A stretch of 64,000 bases of DNA from Anaeromyxobacteraceae bacterium (GCA_032654565.1 JAULAX010000015.1:1056001-1120000), one strand, 5' to 3'. Numbered from the stretch's first letter, positions 20,521 through 30,593 are shown. The notes: a model not told the origin generated them from the sequence alone. A program made the numbers and translations.

Positions 20521-21701
20521 TCGAGCTGGGGTACGGGGCGCGGCCGCTGCCGCTCACCTTGCCCTCCGGGCTGGAGGCGGAGGTCCTGCCGCCCCCGTCG
20601 CCGCCGCCGGTGGCCGACCTGGGCGCGGCGCTGGCCGAGGCGCTGGCCAACCCCTTCGGCAGCCGGCGGCTGAAGGAGCTGGCGACGGCGCGGACCCGGG
20701 CGGTGGTGATCGTCTCCGACGCCTCGCGCCACGAGCCGCGCGCCGAGCTGTTCGCGGCGGTGCGGGCCGAGCTGGGGGCGCTCCCCGACGACCGGATCAC
20801 CCTGGCGGTGGCCAACGGGACCCACCAGCCGGGGCCGGTGGAGGGGCTGGAGCTGCCGGCCGAGGTGCTGCGCCGCCACCGGGTGGTCAACCACGACTCG
20901 CGGGACGAGAGCCAGCTGGTGGAGGTGGGGCGGACCTCGCGCGGCACCCGGCTGCGCGTCAACCGCTGCCTGGTCGAGGCCGACCTGATCGTCACCACCG
21001 GGCGCATCAAGCCGCACTACTTCGCCGGCTACGGCGGCGGCACCAAGGGGATCTTCCCGGGGCTGGGGGCGGAGGCCGACATCCGCCAGAACCACCTGCT
21101 CAAGGCCGACCCGGGCAGCACGCTGGGGCGCGCCGACCAGAACCCCTGCCGCGACGACCTGGAGGAGGCGGCGGGGCGGCTGGGACGCCAGGCCTTCATG
21201 CTCAACGTGGTCGAGGCGGGCGGCGTCATCACCGGGGCGGTGGCCGGCGACCTGGTGCTGGCCCACCGCGAGGGGGTGGGGCGGCTGCGGCGCTGGGTGG
21301 AGGTGCGGGCCAGGCCGGCGGCGGTGGTGGTGGTGTCGGCGCCGCTGCCGGTGTCGGGGAGCCTCTACCAGGCCTCCAAGCTGGTTGCGCCGGCCGGGCT
21401 GCTGCTCCGCGACGGCGGCGTGGTGATCGTGGCGGCCGAGTGCCCACAGGGGACCGGGCCGCTCAAGACGGTCAACGAGGGGATCTTCACGCTGGGTGTG
21501 CGGCGGTTCCTGCCGGCGCGGTACACGCTGCTGCTGGTGTCGGGGATGGACGAGGCGACGGTGGCCCAGACCTATGCCCGCCACGCCCCGTCGCTGGAGT
21601 GGGCGGTGGCGGAGGCGGTCCGGCTCACCGGGGCACGGGGGCGGGTGCTGGTGATGCCCGACGCCGGCGACCTGGTGCCGGTTCCGGTGGCCGGGGAATA
21701 G
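20517..21701 (+). CDS. Lactate racemase (LarA-like, DUF2088) domain protein
   Basis: 'ANGTH', 'NHD', 'PHYFAGYGGGTKGIFPG', 'AAECPQGTG'. Confidence 0.85.
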   Translation: MIELGYGARPLPLTLPSGLEAEVLPPPSPPPVADLGAALAEALANPFGSRRLKELATARTRAVVIVSDASRHEPRAELFAAVRAELGALPDDRITLAVANGTHQPGPVEGLELPAEVLRRHRVVNHDSRDESQLVEVGRTSRGTRLRVNRCLVEADLIVTTGRIKPHYFAGYGGGTKGIFPGLGAEADIRQNHLLKADPGSTLGRADQNPCRDDLEEAAGRLGRQAFMLNVVEAGGVITGAVAGDLVLAHREGVGRLRRWVEVRARPAAVVVVSAPLPVSGSLYQASKLVAPAGLLLRDGGVVIVAAECPQGTGPLKTVNEGIFTLGVRRFLPARYTLLLVSGMDEATVAQTYARHAPSLEWAVAEAVRLTGARGRVLVMPDAGDLVPVPVAGE

Positions 21702-21777
21702 GACACCTCTTTCGGGGTAGCACTCCCGCCGTTTGCCAAAAACTACTCTGGGTAGGGAATGAACGGCCCTTGCGGCA

Positions 21778-21826
21778 TGGACGTGGCGGGGACATATTCC
21801 GGTCAAACCTTGGACGAGGCTGTCCA
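21778..21826. promoter_or_regulatory. CarH/CarA-type operator: tandem 11-bp direct repeats
   Basis: GGAC/GGAC/GGTC/GGAC at 21779, 21790, 21801, 21812; TGGAC-N6-GTCCA inverted repeat. Confidence 0.6.
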
Positions 21827-21838
21827 CCGGAGTCCCGA

Positions 21839-22741
21839 ATGAGGCCCCTCACCTTTCCCATCCGTGCCGTCGCCAAGCTGACCGGCATCACCGTCGACAC
21901 GCTGCGGGCCTGGGAGCGGCGCTACGGCGTCGTCGAGCCCTCCCGCGACGAGCGCGGCCGGACCTACTCCGAGGCCGACGTGGAGCGGCTCACCCTGCTG
22001 CGCCGGGCCGTCGAGCGCGGCCACGCCATCGGCCGGGTCGCCCCCCTCGGCGTCGACGAGCTGCGCGCCCTGGTCGGCCGCGCCGCCTCGCCGCCCGTCA
22101 TCCCCGCGCCCTCCTCACCGGTGACCATCGACGGGCTGCTGGCCGCCGTCGAGGGGTTCGACCTCGACCGGCTGCGCCGGGAGCTGAACCGGCTGGCGGT
22201 GGTGCTGGCGCCGCGCCAGCTGGCCCTCGAGGTGGCGCTGCCGCTGATGCGCGCCGTCGGCGAGGCCTGGCACCTCGGCAAGGTCTCCATCGGCCAGGAG
22301 CACCTGGTCACCGCCGAGATCCGCAGCCTGGTGGGGGCGCTGCTCCGCCTCCGCGAGCCGCCCCCCGGGGCGCCGCGGGTGCTGATCGCCACCATCGAAG
22401 GCGAGCCGCACGAGCTGGGGGCGCTGGTGGCGGCGCTGCTGTCCACCGGCGCCGGCGTCGCCCCCTTCTACTTCGGGGCCGGGCTCCCACCCCGCGAGCT
22501 GGTGGCGGCGGCCCGGCGGCTCCGCCCGCGCGCCGTGGTCCTCTCCATGGCCGGCGCCGGGAGCGTCGAGCAGGTGGCCGGGTCGGTGGCCGAGCTGGCC
22601 CGCGCCCTGCCGGCCGGGACCGCCTGCTGGGTCGGTGGCGCCGGGGCCCAGGCCTCGCGGGCGGCGCTGAGCGCGGCCGGCGTGGAGATCTTCGACGACT
22701 TCGACGGGTTCGAGCAGGCGCTGGCCCGGCTGGCGGCGTAG
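21839..22741 (+). CDS. MerR-family cobalamin-binding regulator (CarH/LitR-like)
   Basis: 'TLRAWERRYG' HTH; W-x9-EH; GEPHELG B12-binding motif. Confidence 0.9.
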   Translation: MRPLTFPIRAVAKLTGITVDTLRAWERRYGVVEPSRDERGRTYSEADVERLTLLRRAVERGHAIGRVAPLGVDELRALVGRAASPPVIPAPSSPVTIDGLLAAVEGFDLDRLRRELNRLAVVLAPRQLALEVALPLMRAVGEAWHLGKVSIGQEHLVTAEIRSLVGALLRLREPPPGAPRVLIATIEGEPHELGALVAALLSTGAGVAPFYFGAGLPPRELVAAARRLRPRAVVLSMAGAGSVEQVAGSVAELARALPAGTACWVGGAGAQASRAALSAAGVEIFDDFDGFEQALARLAA

Positions 22742-22886
22742 GGCGTCGGGGACCAGGTGGCGCTGACGGTTCGCGTCGGATGGCGTGCGGCGCGGTGGCC
22801 TGCGGCCGCTGGAGCGACGCCGGAGGGCCGAAGTGAAGCGCAGCCTGGCGCGGCGGCCTTGGCCTCGGCGCTAGGCCGTCGCTCTC

Positions 22887-23957
22887 TCAGCCGCCGCCCG
22901 AGCCCAGGTCGCCGGGCGAGCCGGGCGAGAGCCGCTCCAGCATCGCCTGGGCGCCAGGGAAGTTGCTGCGCAGCACCAGGGTCCGCCGCAGGGCGGTGAG
23001 GGCGCCGTCGCGATCGCCGCTGCGCAGGCGCACCACCGCCAGGCTGTACTGGATGTGGGCGCCGTTCGGATCGAGCCTGGCGGCGGCGGTCAGCTCCGCC
23101 AGGGCCGCCGGCAGGTCGCCGGCCTGGAGGTGGATGGCCCCCAGGTTGGCGTGCGGCGCCGCCATGGCCGGCGCCAGCGCGCTGGCCTTCCGGTAGCAGG
23201 CCACCGCCTCGTCGCGCTGGCCGAGCCGCGCCGCGGCGATGCCGAGGTTGTTCCAGCCGCGGGCGAACTCCGGCTTGACCAGCACCGCCAGCCGGAAGAG
23301 CCGCTCCGCCTCGCTCCAGTCGGGCGGCCGGCCGGCCTCGCGGGCCAGGTCCACCAGCTCGAAGCCGCGGTTGTTGTAGAAGTGGGCCACCGCCTCCAGG
23401 TCGTCGAGCTGCCGGTACCACTGGGTGCGGCCCATCTGGGCGAAGTCCAGGCTGATGCGCTCGTTGCCGGTGTCCACCAGGGCGCTGATGTGGCCGAGCT
23501 GGACGGTGCTGCCGTCCTCGCCGTAGCGGGTCTCGTGGACGCGGACCGAGGCGTCCACGTAGCGGGCGTCGAGCCCCACCGCGCGGGCCAGCCCGATGAA
23601 GACCGAGGCCAGCGCCACGCAGTTTCCCCGCCCGGAGGCCAGCGCCTCGGCCCCGGTGGTGGTGGACTCGCTGAGGTCGGCGCTGAGCCCGAAGCCGGCC
23701 GGGTCGAACATGCCCTTCACCAGCAGCTCCACCTTCTCGGCGTCGGTGCGGGCCCGCTCCACCAGGCTGCGGGCCCGGGCCAGCGCCGCGGGCGGCAGGT
23801 CGTGGGGGACGACCAGGTCGGCGGCCGGGAAGCCGGAGCGGCCGGCCAGCTCCTCGCGCAGCTCGGCCGGCGTGTAGACCTGCTTCAGGGTGCCTGCGCA
23901 CCCCGCCGCACCGAACGCCAGCGCCGCCGTCGCGGCGACCAGGGAGTTCCGGGTCAT
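22887..23957 (-). CDS. Lipoprotein with transglutaminase-like domain and TPR repeats
   Basis: Lipobox GAAGC; 'GRGNCVALA', 'GHI', 'LDF' putative triad; TPR 'WNNLG', 'HANLG'. Confidence 0.75.
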   Translation of the reverse strand: MTRNSLVAATAALAFGAAGCAGTLKQVYTPAELREELAGRSGFPAADLVVPHDLPPAALARARSLVERARTDAEKVELLVKGMFDPAGFGLSADLSESTTTGAEALASGRGNCVALASVFIGLARAVGLDARYVDASVRVHETRYGEDGSTVQLGHISALVDTGNERISLDFAQMGRTQWYRQLDDLEAVAHFYNNRGFELVDLAREAGRPPDWSEAERLFRLAVLVKPEFARGWNNLGIAAARLGQRDEAVACYRKASALAPAMAAPHANLGAIHLQAGDLPAALAELTAAARLDPNGAHIQYSLAVVRLRSGDRDGALTALRRTLVLRSNFPGAQAMLERLSPGSPGDLGSGGG

Positions 23958-24100
23958 CTCCGCCTCGTGGGGACAAGCCTAGCCAACCGGGGCCGACAAT
24001 GCACCCCCGCCACCCCGAATCGCACCCGGGCCACGCCGGCCGCGGCGAGATCGGCCTCCAAGGCGCTGGAGCCGAGGTCGCGCCCCGTCGCCGCCGGGCC

Positions 24101-24844
24101 CTACGCCTTCGGCGGGTGGACGTGGGCGGCCAGGCCGGCCACCTTGCCCACCAGGCCGTGCTTCAGCCGCTGCTGCTCCAGCCAGGCCACCCACTGGTCC
24201 ATCCCCTGGCCGGTGCGCGCCGAGACCTTGAGCACGCGGGGCGTGGGCATGACCCGCGCCAGGGCGTCGTCGAGCTTCGCCATGTCGAAGTCGAGGTGAG
24301 GGACGAGATCGCACTTGGAGACGATGACCAGGTCCGCGGCCAGGAACATGGTCGGGTACTTGAGCGGCTTGTCCTCGCCCTCGGTCACCGACAGCACCAC
24401 CACGTTGGCGGCCTGCCCCAGGTCGTAGATGGCCGGGCAGACCAGGTTGCCGACGTTCTCGATGAAGAAGACGTCGGTCTTCTGCCAGGCGATGCCGTGC
24501 AGTGAGCGGTGCACCAGGTCGGCGTCGAGGTGGCAGGCCTGCCCGGTGGTGATGGCGTGCGAGGGGATGCCGGCCTTGACCAGGCGGACCGCGTCGTTGT
24601 CGGTGGCGAGATCGGCCGAGACGGCGCCGAGGCGCCAGCCCTTGGCCGCCGCCGCCCTGGCGGTGGCCTCCAGCACCGCGGTCTTGCCGGCGCCAGGCGA
24701 GCCCATCAGGTTGAGCGCCAGCACCCCGGCCTCGAGGAAGTGCTCGCGGTTGTGCTTCGCGGCCCGGTCGTTGCCGGCCAGGATCTTCTCGTGCAGCTCC
24801 ACCGGGACCAGCTCGGTGTCACCGCAGCCACAGGTCGTGCACAT
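24101..24844 (-). CDS. hypB: Hydrogenase nickel incorporation GTPase
   Basis: MCTTCGC, GSPGAGKT, CHLDA, ENVGNLVCP. Confidence 0.97.
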   Translation of the reverse strand: MCTTCGCGDTELVPVELHEKILAGNDRAAKHNREHFLEAGVLALNLMGSPGAGKTAVLEATARAAAAKGWRLGAVSADLATDNDAVRLVKAGIPSHAITTGQACHLDADLVHRSLHGIAWQKTDVFFIENVGNLVCPAIYDLGQAANVVVLSVTEGEDKPLKYPTMFLAADLVIVSKCDLVPHLDFDMAKLDDALARVMPTPRVLKVSARTGQGMDQWVAWLEQQRLKHGLVGKVAGLAAHVHPPKA

Positions 24845-24879
24845 TCAGTGCTCCTCGCCGCGCCAGCCGATGGAACGCA

Positions 24880-25224
24880 TCAGGGGATCTCCAGGTCGAT
24901 GCCGTCGAGGGTCAGGGCGTCGCCGCCCTCGTCGAGCCGGGCCGGCCCGGCGCAGGCGTCGCAGCGCAGCGGGGCGCCGCGGGGGATGGCGGCCCGGCAG
25001 GTCGGGCAGGACCAGCTGGCCGCCACCTGCGTGAGGGTGAGCGGCACCTCGGCGCAGATGGTGCCGGCGCGGAAGGTGTCGTAGGCGGTCTGGAAGAGCC
25101 CGGCGTCGACGCCGGCCAGCTCGCCGAGGCGCACCGAGAGGCCGTGGACCTTGAGCGCGCCGCGCCGCCGGGCCTCGGCCTCGACCCGGGTGATGAGCGC
25201 TTCGACCAGCGAGTACTCGTGCAT
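24880..25224 (-). CDS. hypA: Hydrogenase maturation nickel metallochaperone
   Basis: MHE N-terminus, two CxxC motifs. Confidence 0.95.
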   Translation of the reverse strand: MHEYSLVEALITRVEAEARRRGALKVHGLSVRLGELAGVDAGLFQTAYDTFRAGTICAEVPLTLTQVAASWSCPTCRAAIPRGAPLRCDACAGPARLDEGGDALTLDGIDLEIP

Positions 25225-25241
25225 CTTCGGGCCCGTCTCCC

Positions 25242-26264
25242 TCAGCAGATGCGCGGGAGCAGCTCGCCCTCGGGCTCGGCCAGCAGCCGCTTGCCGAGGC
25301 CGGTGTCGAGGATCACCGCGCCGGGCCGCTCGGCGATGGCCCGGGCGAAGATGGCGGCGTCGCGGCCGAGCGGGTGGGCGCGCAGCGCCGCCAGCACCTT
25401 GTCGGCCGAGGCCGCCCGCACCCCGATCACCGCCTTGCCCTCGTTGGCCACCAGCAGGGGATCGATGCCCAGCATGTCGCTGGCGGCGCGCACCTCGTCG
25501 CGGACCGGCACCGCCTGCTCCTCGATGACGATGCCCACCTTCCCCTTGGCGGCCATCTCGTGGAGCGAGCCGGCCACCCCGCCGCGGGTGGGGTCCTTCA
25601 TGGCCACCACGTCGTCGCCGCCGGCGGCCAGGGCGGCGCGGACCAGGCCGTTCACCGGGGCCACGTCGGAGCGCAGGTCGCCCTGCAGCCCCAGGTCGTG
25701 CCGCTTCGACATGATGGCCATGCCGTGGTCGCCGACGTGGCCGGTGACGATGAGCAGGTCGCCGGCCCGCAGCCCGGCGTCGCTGACCACCCGACGGGTC
25801 AGGGCCACGCCGGTGGTGTTGATGAAGATGCCGTCGCAGTCCCCCCGGCCCACCACCTTGGTGTCGCCGGTGACGAAGGGGGCGCCGGCCTCCAGCGCCG
25901 CCGCCTTCATCGAGTCGCGCAGCCGCTCCAGGTCGGCGCGCGGGAAGCCGTCCTCGAGGATGACGGCGCAGGTCAGCGCCATGGGCTCGGTGGCCCCCAT
26001 CATGGCCAGATCGTTGACGGTGCCGCAGACGGCGATGCGGCCGATGTCGCCGCCGGGGAAGAAGATGGGGTGGACCACGTGCGAGTCGGTGGTCACCACC
26101 AGCCACTGGTCGCCGATGCGCAGCGCCGCGCCGTCGTCGAGGGCGCCGAGGCCGATGCCATCCACCGGCGAGGCCAGCTCCAGGAAGACCTCCTCGATGA
26201 GCTGGCGCATGGCCCGCCCGCCCGACCCGTGCTTCAGCCCGATCTTCTGGACCACCTTCTCCAT
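25242..26264 (-). CDS. hypE: Carbamoyl dehydratase
   Basis: HGSGG, TTDSH, GDTKVV, KDPTRGG, C-terminal PRIC. Confidence 0.97.
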   Translation of the reverse strand: MEKVVQKIGLKHGSGGRAMRQLIEEVFLELASPVDGIGLGALDDGAALRIGDQWLVVTTDSHVVHPIFFPGGDIGRIAVCGTVNDLAMMGATEPMALTCAVILEDGFPRADLERLRDSMKAAALEAGAPFVTGDTKVVGRGDCDGIFINTTGVALTRRVVSDAGLRAGDLLIVTGHVGDHGMAIMSKRHDLGLQGDLRSDVAPVNGLVRAALAAGGDDVVAMKDPTRGGVAGSLHEMAAKGKVGIVIEEQAVPVRDEVRAASDMLGIDPLLVANEGKAVIGVRAASADKVLAALRAHPLGRDAAIFARAIAERPGAVILDTGLGKRLLAEPEGELLPRIC

Positions 26265-27425
26265 CTAGCGCGTCCCTTCCTGGGTGGCCGGCGCGCCGAC
26301 GCCGCGGAGGTCCGGGGCGCCGCCGTAGGTGTGCCAGATGCGGCAGGTGCCCTCCGACGAGACCATGCAGGCCCCCACCGGCGACTCGGGGACGCAGGCG
26401 GTGCCGAAGAGCGGGCAGTCGTGGGGCGTGGCCAGCCCCATCATGATGGTGCCGCAGAGGCACTCCGACTCCAGCCCGGAGGCCCGCTCGTCGCGGACCG
26501 GGGCGGTGTCGATGCGGAAGCGCTTGCGGGCGTCGAGGTGGGCGAACTCGGGGCGCAGGTCGAGGTTGCCCTGCGGGACCTCGGCGATGCCGCGCCACTT
26601 CCCGGCCCGGGCCTCGAAGACCGTCCAGAGCACCTGCTGCGCCGGCCGGTTCCCCTCCCGGGTCACGCAGCGCGGGTAGGCGTTGAAGACCTCGGCCTTC
26701 CCCTCGCGGATCAGGTCGGTCAGCTTGACGATGGCGGCGAGGATGTCGAGCGGCTCGAAGCCGGCCACCACCACCGGGGTGTCGGTCTTCTGCGCGAAGG
26801 GCTCGAAGATCCCCCAGCCGGTGATGATGGCGGCGTGGCCGGCGGCGATGAACCCTTCGATCTTCGTCTCCTTCGACCCGGCCACCAGGTCCATGGCGGC
26901 CGGCACGTACTTGTGGACCGAGAGGACGGAGAAGTTCTTCGGCGGCTGCGCCAGCGCGGCGGCAGCGGTGGCCACCGCGGTGGTCTCGAAGCCGGAGGCG
27001 AAGAAGACCACCTCCTCGGACGGGTGGGCCCTGGCCAGCTCGACCGCCTGGTCGACCGAGTAGACGACGTGGACCTTGCCGCCGTCCCCCTGGGCGTCGG
27101 CCAGCGAGCGGGAGGTGCCGGGCAGCCGGAGCATGTCGCCGTAGGTGCAGACCGTGGCGCCCTGGCGCGCCAGCGCCACCGCCTCGTCCACCTCCGGGCC
27201 GTCGGTGACGCAGACCGGGCAGCCCGGCCCCATGATCAGCTGCAGCTGGCGGGGGAGCACGGCGCGCAGGCCGAAGCGGGCGATGGCCTGCTCGTGGCTG
27301 CCGCAGACGTGCATCACCGAGACCTGGCGCCCGATGGCGTCGAGGTTTCGCTGCAGCGCCTCCGCCAGCGCCCGGGCCTTGGCCGGGTCGCGGAACTTCA
27401 GCTCGCTCGTCAGGTCCCTGGCCAC
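26265..27425 (-). CDS. hypD: Hydrogenase maturation Fe-S protein
   Basis: MHVCGSHE, GPGCPVC, GFETT, CMVSSEGTC. Confidence 0.97.
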   Translation of the reverse strand: MARDLTSELKFRDPAKARALAEALQRNLDAIGRQVSVMHVCGSHEQAIARFGLRAVLPRQLQLIMGPGCPVCVTDGPEVDEAVALARQGATVCTYGDMLRLPGTSRSLADAQGDGGKVHVVYSVDQAVELARAHPSEEVVFFASGFETTAVATAAAALAQPPKNFSVLSVHKYVPAAMDLVAGSKETKIEGFIAAGHAAIITGWGIFEPFAQKTDTPVVVAGFEPLDILAAIVKLTDLIREGKAEVFNAYPRCVTREGNRPAQQVLWTVFEARAGKWRGIAEVPQGNLDLRPEFAHLDARKRFRIDTAPVRDERASGLESECLCGTIMMGLATPHDCPLFGTACVPESPVGACMVSSEGTCRIWHTYGGAPDLRGVGAPATQEGTR

Positions 27426-27435
27426 GGCGCGCCCC

Positions 27436-27726
27436 TCAGGCCTTGGCCGCGCCGCCGGCGGCGATCTCGCCCCGCACGTCGGCGGCCATCAGGTCCTCGC
27501 GGGCCCCGCTGACGTCGAGGATCTGCTCGAAGAGGGCCAGCGTCTCCTGCACCTCGTCGGGGGGGATGCGGCGGATGGCGTAGCCCACGTGGTTGAGCAC
27601 GTAGTCACCCACGGTGACCGGCTCGTCGACGATCTCCAGCCGCAGCTCCTTCTTGACGCCGAAGAAGTCGACCGTCGCCACCATCCCGTCGATGGCCAGC
27701 ACCTTGCCGGGAACTCCGAGACACAT
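27436..27726 (-). CDS. hypC: Hydrogenase assembly chaperone
   Basis: MCLGVPG, GDYVLNHVGYAI. Confidence 0.97.
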   Translation of the reverse strand: MCLGVPGKVLAIDGMVATVDFFGVKKELRLEIVDEPVTVGDYVLNHVGYAIRRIPPDEVQETLALFEQILDVSGAREDLMAADVRGEIAAGGAAKA

Positions 27727-27741
27727 GACCTGCTCCCTTCC

Positions 27742-30063
27742 TCACCCGCCGCGGGCCACCGCGTCGGCCACCAGCGCCTGCCCGAGGGCCAGGCCGCCGT
27801 CGCCGGGGGGGACGTGACCGTGGAGGTATACCTTGAACGAACCCGACAGCTCCTTGGCGATTCGTTCCGATAAAAAAGCGTTTTGGAAGCAGCCCCCGGT
27901 GAGCACCACCGGCAGCGCCCCGTCGCGCGCCGCGGCGGCGCGCACCAGCCCGGCCCCGGCGGTGGCCAGGGCGGCGTGGAAGCGGGCCGAGACGGCCCCG
28001 GCGGCGGCGCCGGCCCGCAGGTCGTCGCAGAGCGCCCGCCAGAGCGGCCGCAGGTCGAGCTCGGTGACCGGCCCGGCCTGGTCCAGCGCGAACGGGTAAC
28101 GCCCGCCCTCGGCCTCGTCGACGGCGCCGTCGAGCGCCAGCGCCAGCTGCCCCTCGTAGCGGGCCAGCGGGCGGCCCAGGGCGAGCGCCGCGGCGGCGTC
28201 GAAGGCCCGTCCGGCGCCGTGGGCCAGGGGGGAATTGACCCGGCCGGCCACCATGCGCCGCACCACCTCCAGCTCGGCCGGCGCCACCGCCGCGAAGAGC
28301 GGCAGGTCGAGCGGGGGATCGCCGTCGAAGGCGTCGAGCAGCGCCGCCAGCGCCACCCGCCACGGCTCGCGGATGGCCTGGTCGCCGCCGGGGAGCGCCA
28401 CCGGGCGGAAGGTGGCCAGTCGCTCGAACCGCTCCGGCCAGCAGCGCAGCAGCTCCCCGCCCCAGGCGGCGCCGTCGGTGCCGAGGCCGGTGCCGTCCCA
28501 GCAGAGCGCCAGCACCGGCCCGGCCAGGCCGTGCTCGGCCATGGCGGCGGCGGCGTGGGCGTGGTGGTGCTGCACCGGGACCAGGCGGGCCCCCAGCGCC
28601 GCGGCCCGCGCCTTCGCGTAGCCGGTGGAGAGGTAGAGCGGGTGCAGGTCGCAGCCGATCACCTCGGGGCGCAGGTCGAGGAAGTCCTCCAGCCGGGCCA
28701 CCGCCGCCTCGAAGGCCCCGTAGGTCTCCAGGTTGTCGAGGTCGCCGACGTGCGGCCCCAGCGTGGCCTCGTCGCCGCGCCCCAGGCAGCAGGCGTTCTT
28801 GAGCTGGGCGCCGACCCCCAGCGTGGGGCGGGCGAAGCCGCGGCGCACCCGCACCGGCCGGGGCACCCACCCGCGCGACCGGCGCAGCAGCACCGGCCGC
28901 CCCGCCACCACCCGGGCCACCGAGTCGTCGCAGCGCGAGGCGATGGGCCGGTCGTGGGTGAGCAGCAGGTCGGCCACCCCGCCCAGCCGGGCCACGGCGT
29001 CGGCCTCCTCGAAGGCGATGGGCTCCTCGGAGAGGTTGCCGCTGGTCATCACCAGCGGGCGGCCCGCCTCGGCCAGCAGCAGGTGGTGCAGCGGCGTGTA
29101 GGGGAGCATCAGGCCGAGCCGCGGGTTCCCCGGGGCCAGGCCGTCGGCCAGCGGCGCGCCCGGGCGCTTGCGGCAGAGCACGATGGGGCGCTCCACCGAG
29201 CCGAGCAGGGTCCGCTCGGCCGGCTGCAGCACCGCCAGGCGGGCCGCCTCGTCGAGGCTGGCCACCATCACCGCCAGCGGCTTCTCGTCGCGCCGCTTGC
29301 GCCGGCGCAGCTCGGCCACCGCGGCCGGCGCGGTGGCGTCGCAGCAGAGGTGGTAGCCGCCCAGCCCCTTCACCGCCAGCAGCCCGCCGGCCCGCAGCGC
29401 CTCGCCGGCCAGCGCCAGGGGATCGCCGGTCCGCGGCGCCCCCGTCGCGTCGCGCAGCGTGAGGCGCGGCCCGCAGGCCGGGCAGGCGTTGGGCTGGGCG
29501 TGGTAGCGGCGGTCGCGGGGGTCGTGGTACTCGGCGGCGCACCGTTCACACATGGTGAAGCCGGCCATGGTGGTGGCGGGGCGGTCGTAGGGGACGCCCA
29601 GGGCGATGGTGAAGCGCGGCCCGCAGTCGGTGCAGTTGGTGAAGGGGTAGCGGAAGCGGCGGTCGGCCGGGTCGGCCACCTCGGCCAGGCAGGCGGCGCA
29701 GCTGGCCAGGTCGGCGCCGATGGCGGCGCGCGGCGCCCCGCCGGCCACGCTGGGGGCGATCTCGAAGGTGGCGGGCGGCAGGCCGGGGAGGGCGGTGACC
29801 ACCAGCCGGTCGACCCGGGCCGCCGGGGGCGGGGCCTCGCGGAGGTGGCGCTCCAGCGCGTCGAGCCGGTCGGGCGGGCCGAAGGCCTCCACGGTGACGC
29901 CGTCGGCGTCGTTCCAGACCCGGCCGGTGAGCTGCAGCGCCTCGGCGGCGCGGAAGACGAAGGGGCGGAAGCCGACCCCCTGCACGGTGCCGGAGACGGC
30001 GAAGCGGCGCCCGGCGACCGGGCCGCCGGCCGGGGGCGGGCCGCTCGAAGCCGGCGGGCTCAC
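27742..30063 (-). CDS. hypF: Carbamoyltransferase
   Basis: VQGVGFRPF, zinc fingers, KGLGGYHL, QHHHAH, GDGGLALGQ; GTG overlaps protease stop. Confidence 0.96.
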   Translation of the reverse strand: MSPPASSGPPPAGGPVAGRRFAVSGTVQGVGFRPFVFRAAEALQLTGRVWNDADGVTVEAFGPPDRLDALERHLREAPPPAARVDRLVVTALPGLPPATFEIAPSVAGGAPRAAIGADLASCAACLAEVADPADRRFRYPFTNCTDCGPRFTIALGVPYDRPATTMAGFTMCERCAAEYHDPRDRRYHAQPNACPACGPRLTLRDATGAPRTGDPLALAGEALRAGGLLAVKGLGGYHLCCDATAPAAVAELRRRKRRDEKPLAVMVASLDEAARLAVLQPAERTLLGSVERPIVLCRKRPGAPLADGLAPGNPRLGLMLPYTPLHHLLLAEAGRPLVMTSGNLSEEPIAFEEADAVARLGGVADLLLTHDRPIASRCDDSVARVVAGRPVLLRRSRGWVPRPVRVRRGFARPTLGVGAQLKNACCLGRGDEATLGPHVGDLDNLETYGAFEAAVARLEDFLDLRPEVIGCDLHPLYLSTGYAKARAAALGARLVPVQHHHAHAAAAMAEHGLAGPVLALCWDGTGLGTDGAAWGGELLRCWPERFERLATFRPVALPGGDQAIREPWRVALAALLDAFDGDPPLDLPLFAAVAPAELEVVRRMVAGRVNSPLAHGAGRAFDAAAALALGRPLARYEGQLALALDGAVDEAEGGRYPFALDQAGPVTELDLRPLWRALCDDLRAGAAAGAVSARFHAALATAGAGLVRAAAARDGALPVVLTGGCFQNAFLSERIAKELSGSFKVYLHGHVPPGDGGLALGQALVADAVARGG

Positions 30064-30593
30064 GTGGCCTGCGGCTTCTCCCACCAGAGGTCGGGCGGGA
30101 GCGGCGGGTCGCGCTTCACCGCGGCGGCGCCCATGCCGGCCAGCGCCACCCGGACCGCCTCGACGGCGGCGTCGACGGCCCCGCGGACCGCGGGGGTGAG
30201 CTGGCAGCCGAACTCGATGGAGCCGGCCACCACCCCGACCAGGTTGATGGCCGGCGGCGAGACCCCCTGGAACTCGGCGTGCAGGATCGACTCGCGCAGC
30301 CCGGGCTCGTGGGGGCTCAGGGCCACCATGGGGCCGCGGTTGAGGATCCCCTTCTTGTCGTAGACCTTGACCTCGCCGGCGGTGCCGGTGACGGTCTTGA
30401 TGGCGTCCACCACCACCAGCCCCTCCAGCCCCATCATGTAGGCGGTGAGGTCGAGGCCGGGGGTGCCGCCGTCGATGACCTCGACGTCGTCGCCCACCTG
30501 GTAGCGCGCCTCGAAGACCCGCACCACGGTGGGGCCGATGGCGTCGTCCCCCTCGAGGACGTTGCCGATGCCGATGACGCAGATGCGGGCCAC
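30060..30593 (-). CDS. Hydrogenase maturation protease (HyaD/HybD family)
   Basis: GIGNVLEGDDAIG, DGGT, VDA, SPHE. Confidence 0.93.
   Translation of the reverse strand: MARICVIGIGNVLEGDDAIGPTVVRVFEARYQVGDDVEVIDGGTPGLDLTAYMMGLEGLVVVDAIKTVTGTAGEVKVYDKKGILNRGPMVALSPHEPGLRESILHAEFQGVSPPAINLVGVVAGSIEFGCQLTPAVRGAVDAAVEAVRVALAGMGAAAVKRDPPLPPDLWWEKPQAT

Noticed and set aside
22790..22885. Possible ncRNA or mobile-element end between convergent genes
   Set aside because: Only one imperfect GC hairpin; best explained as a terminator-like structure
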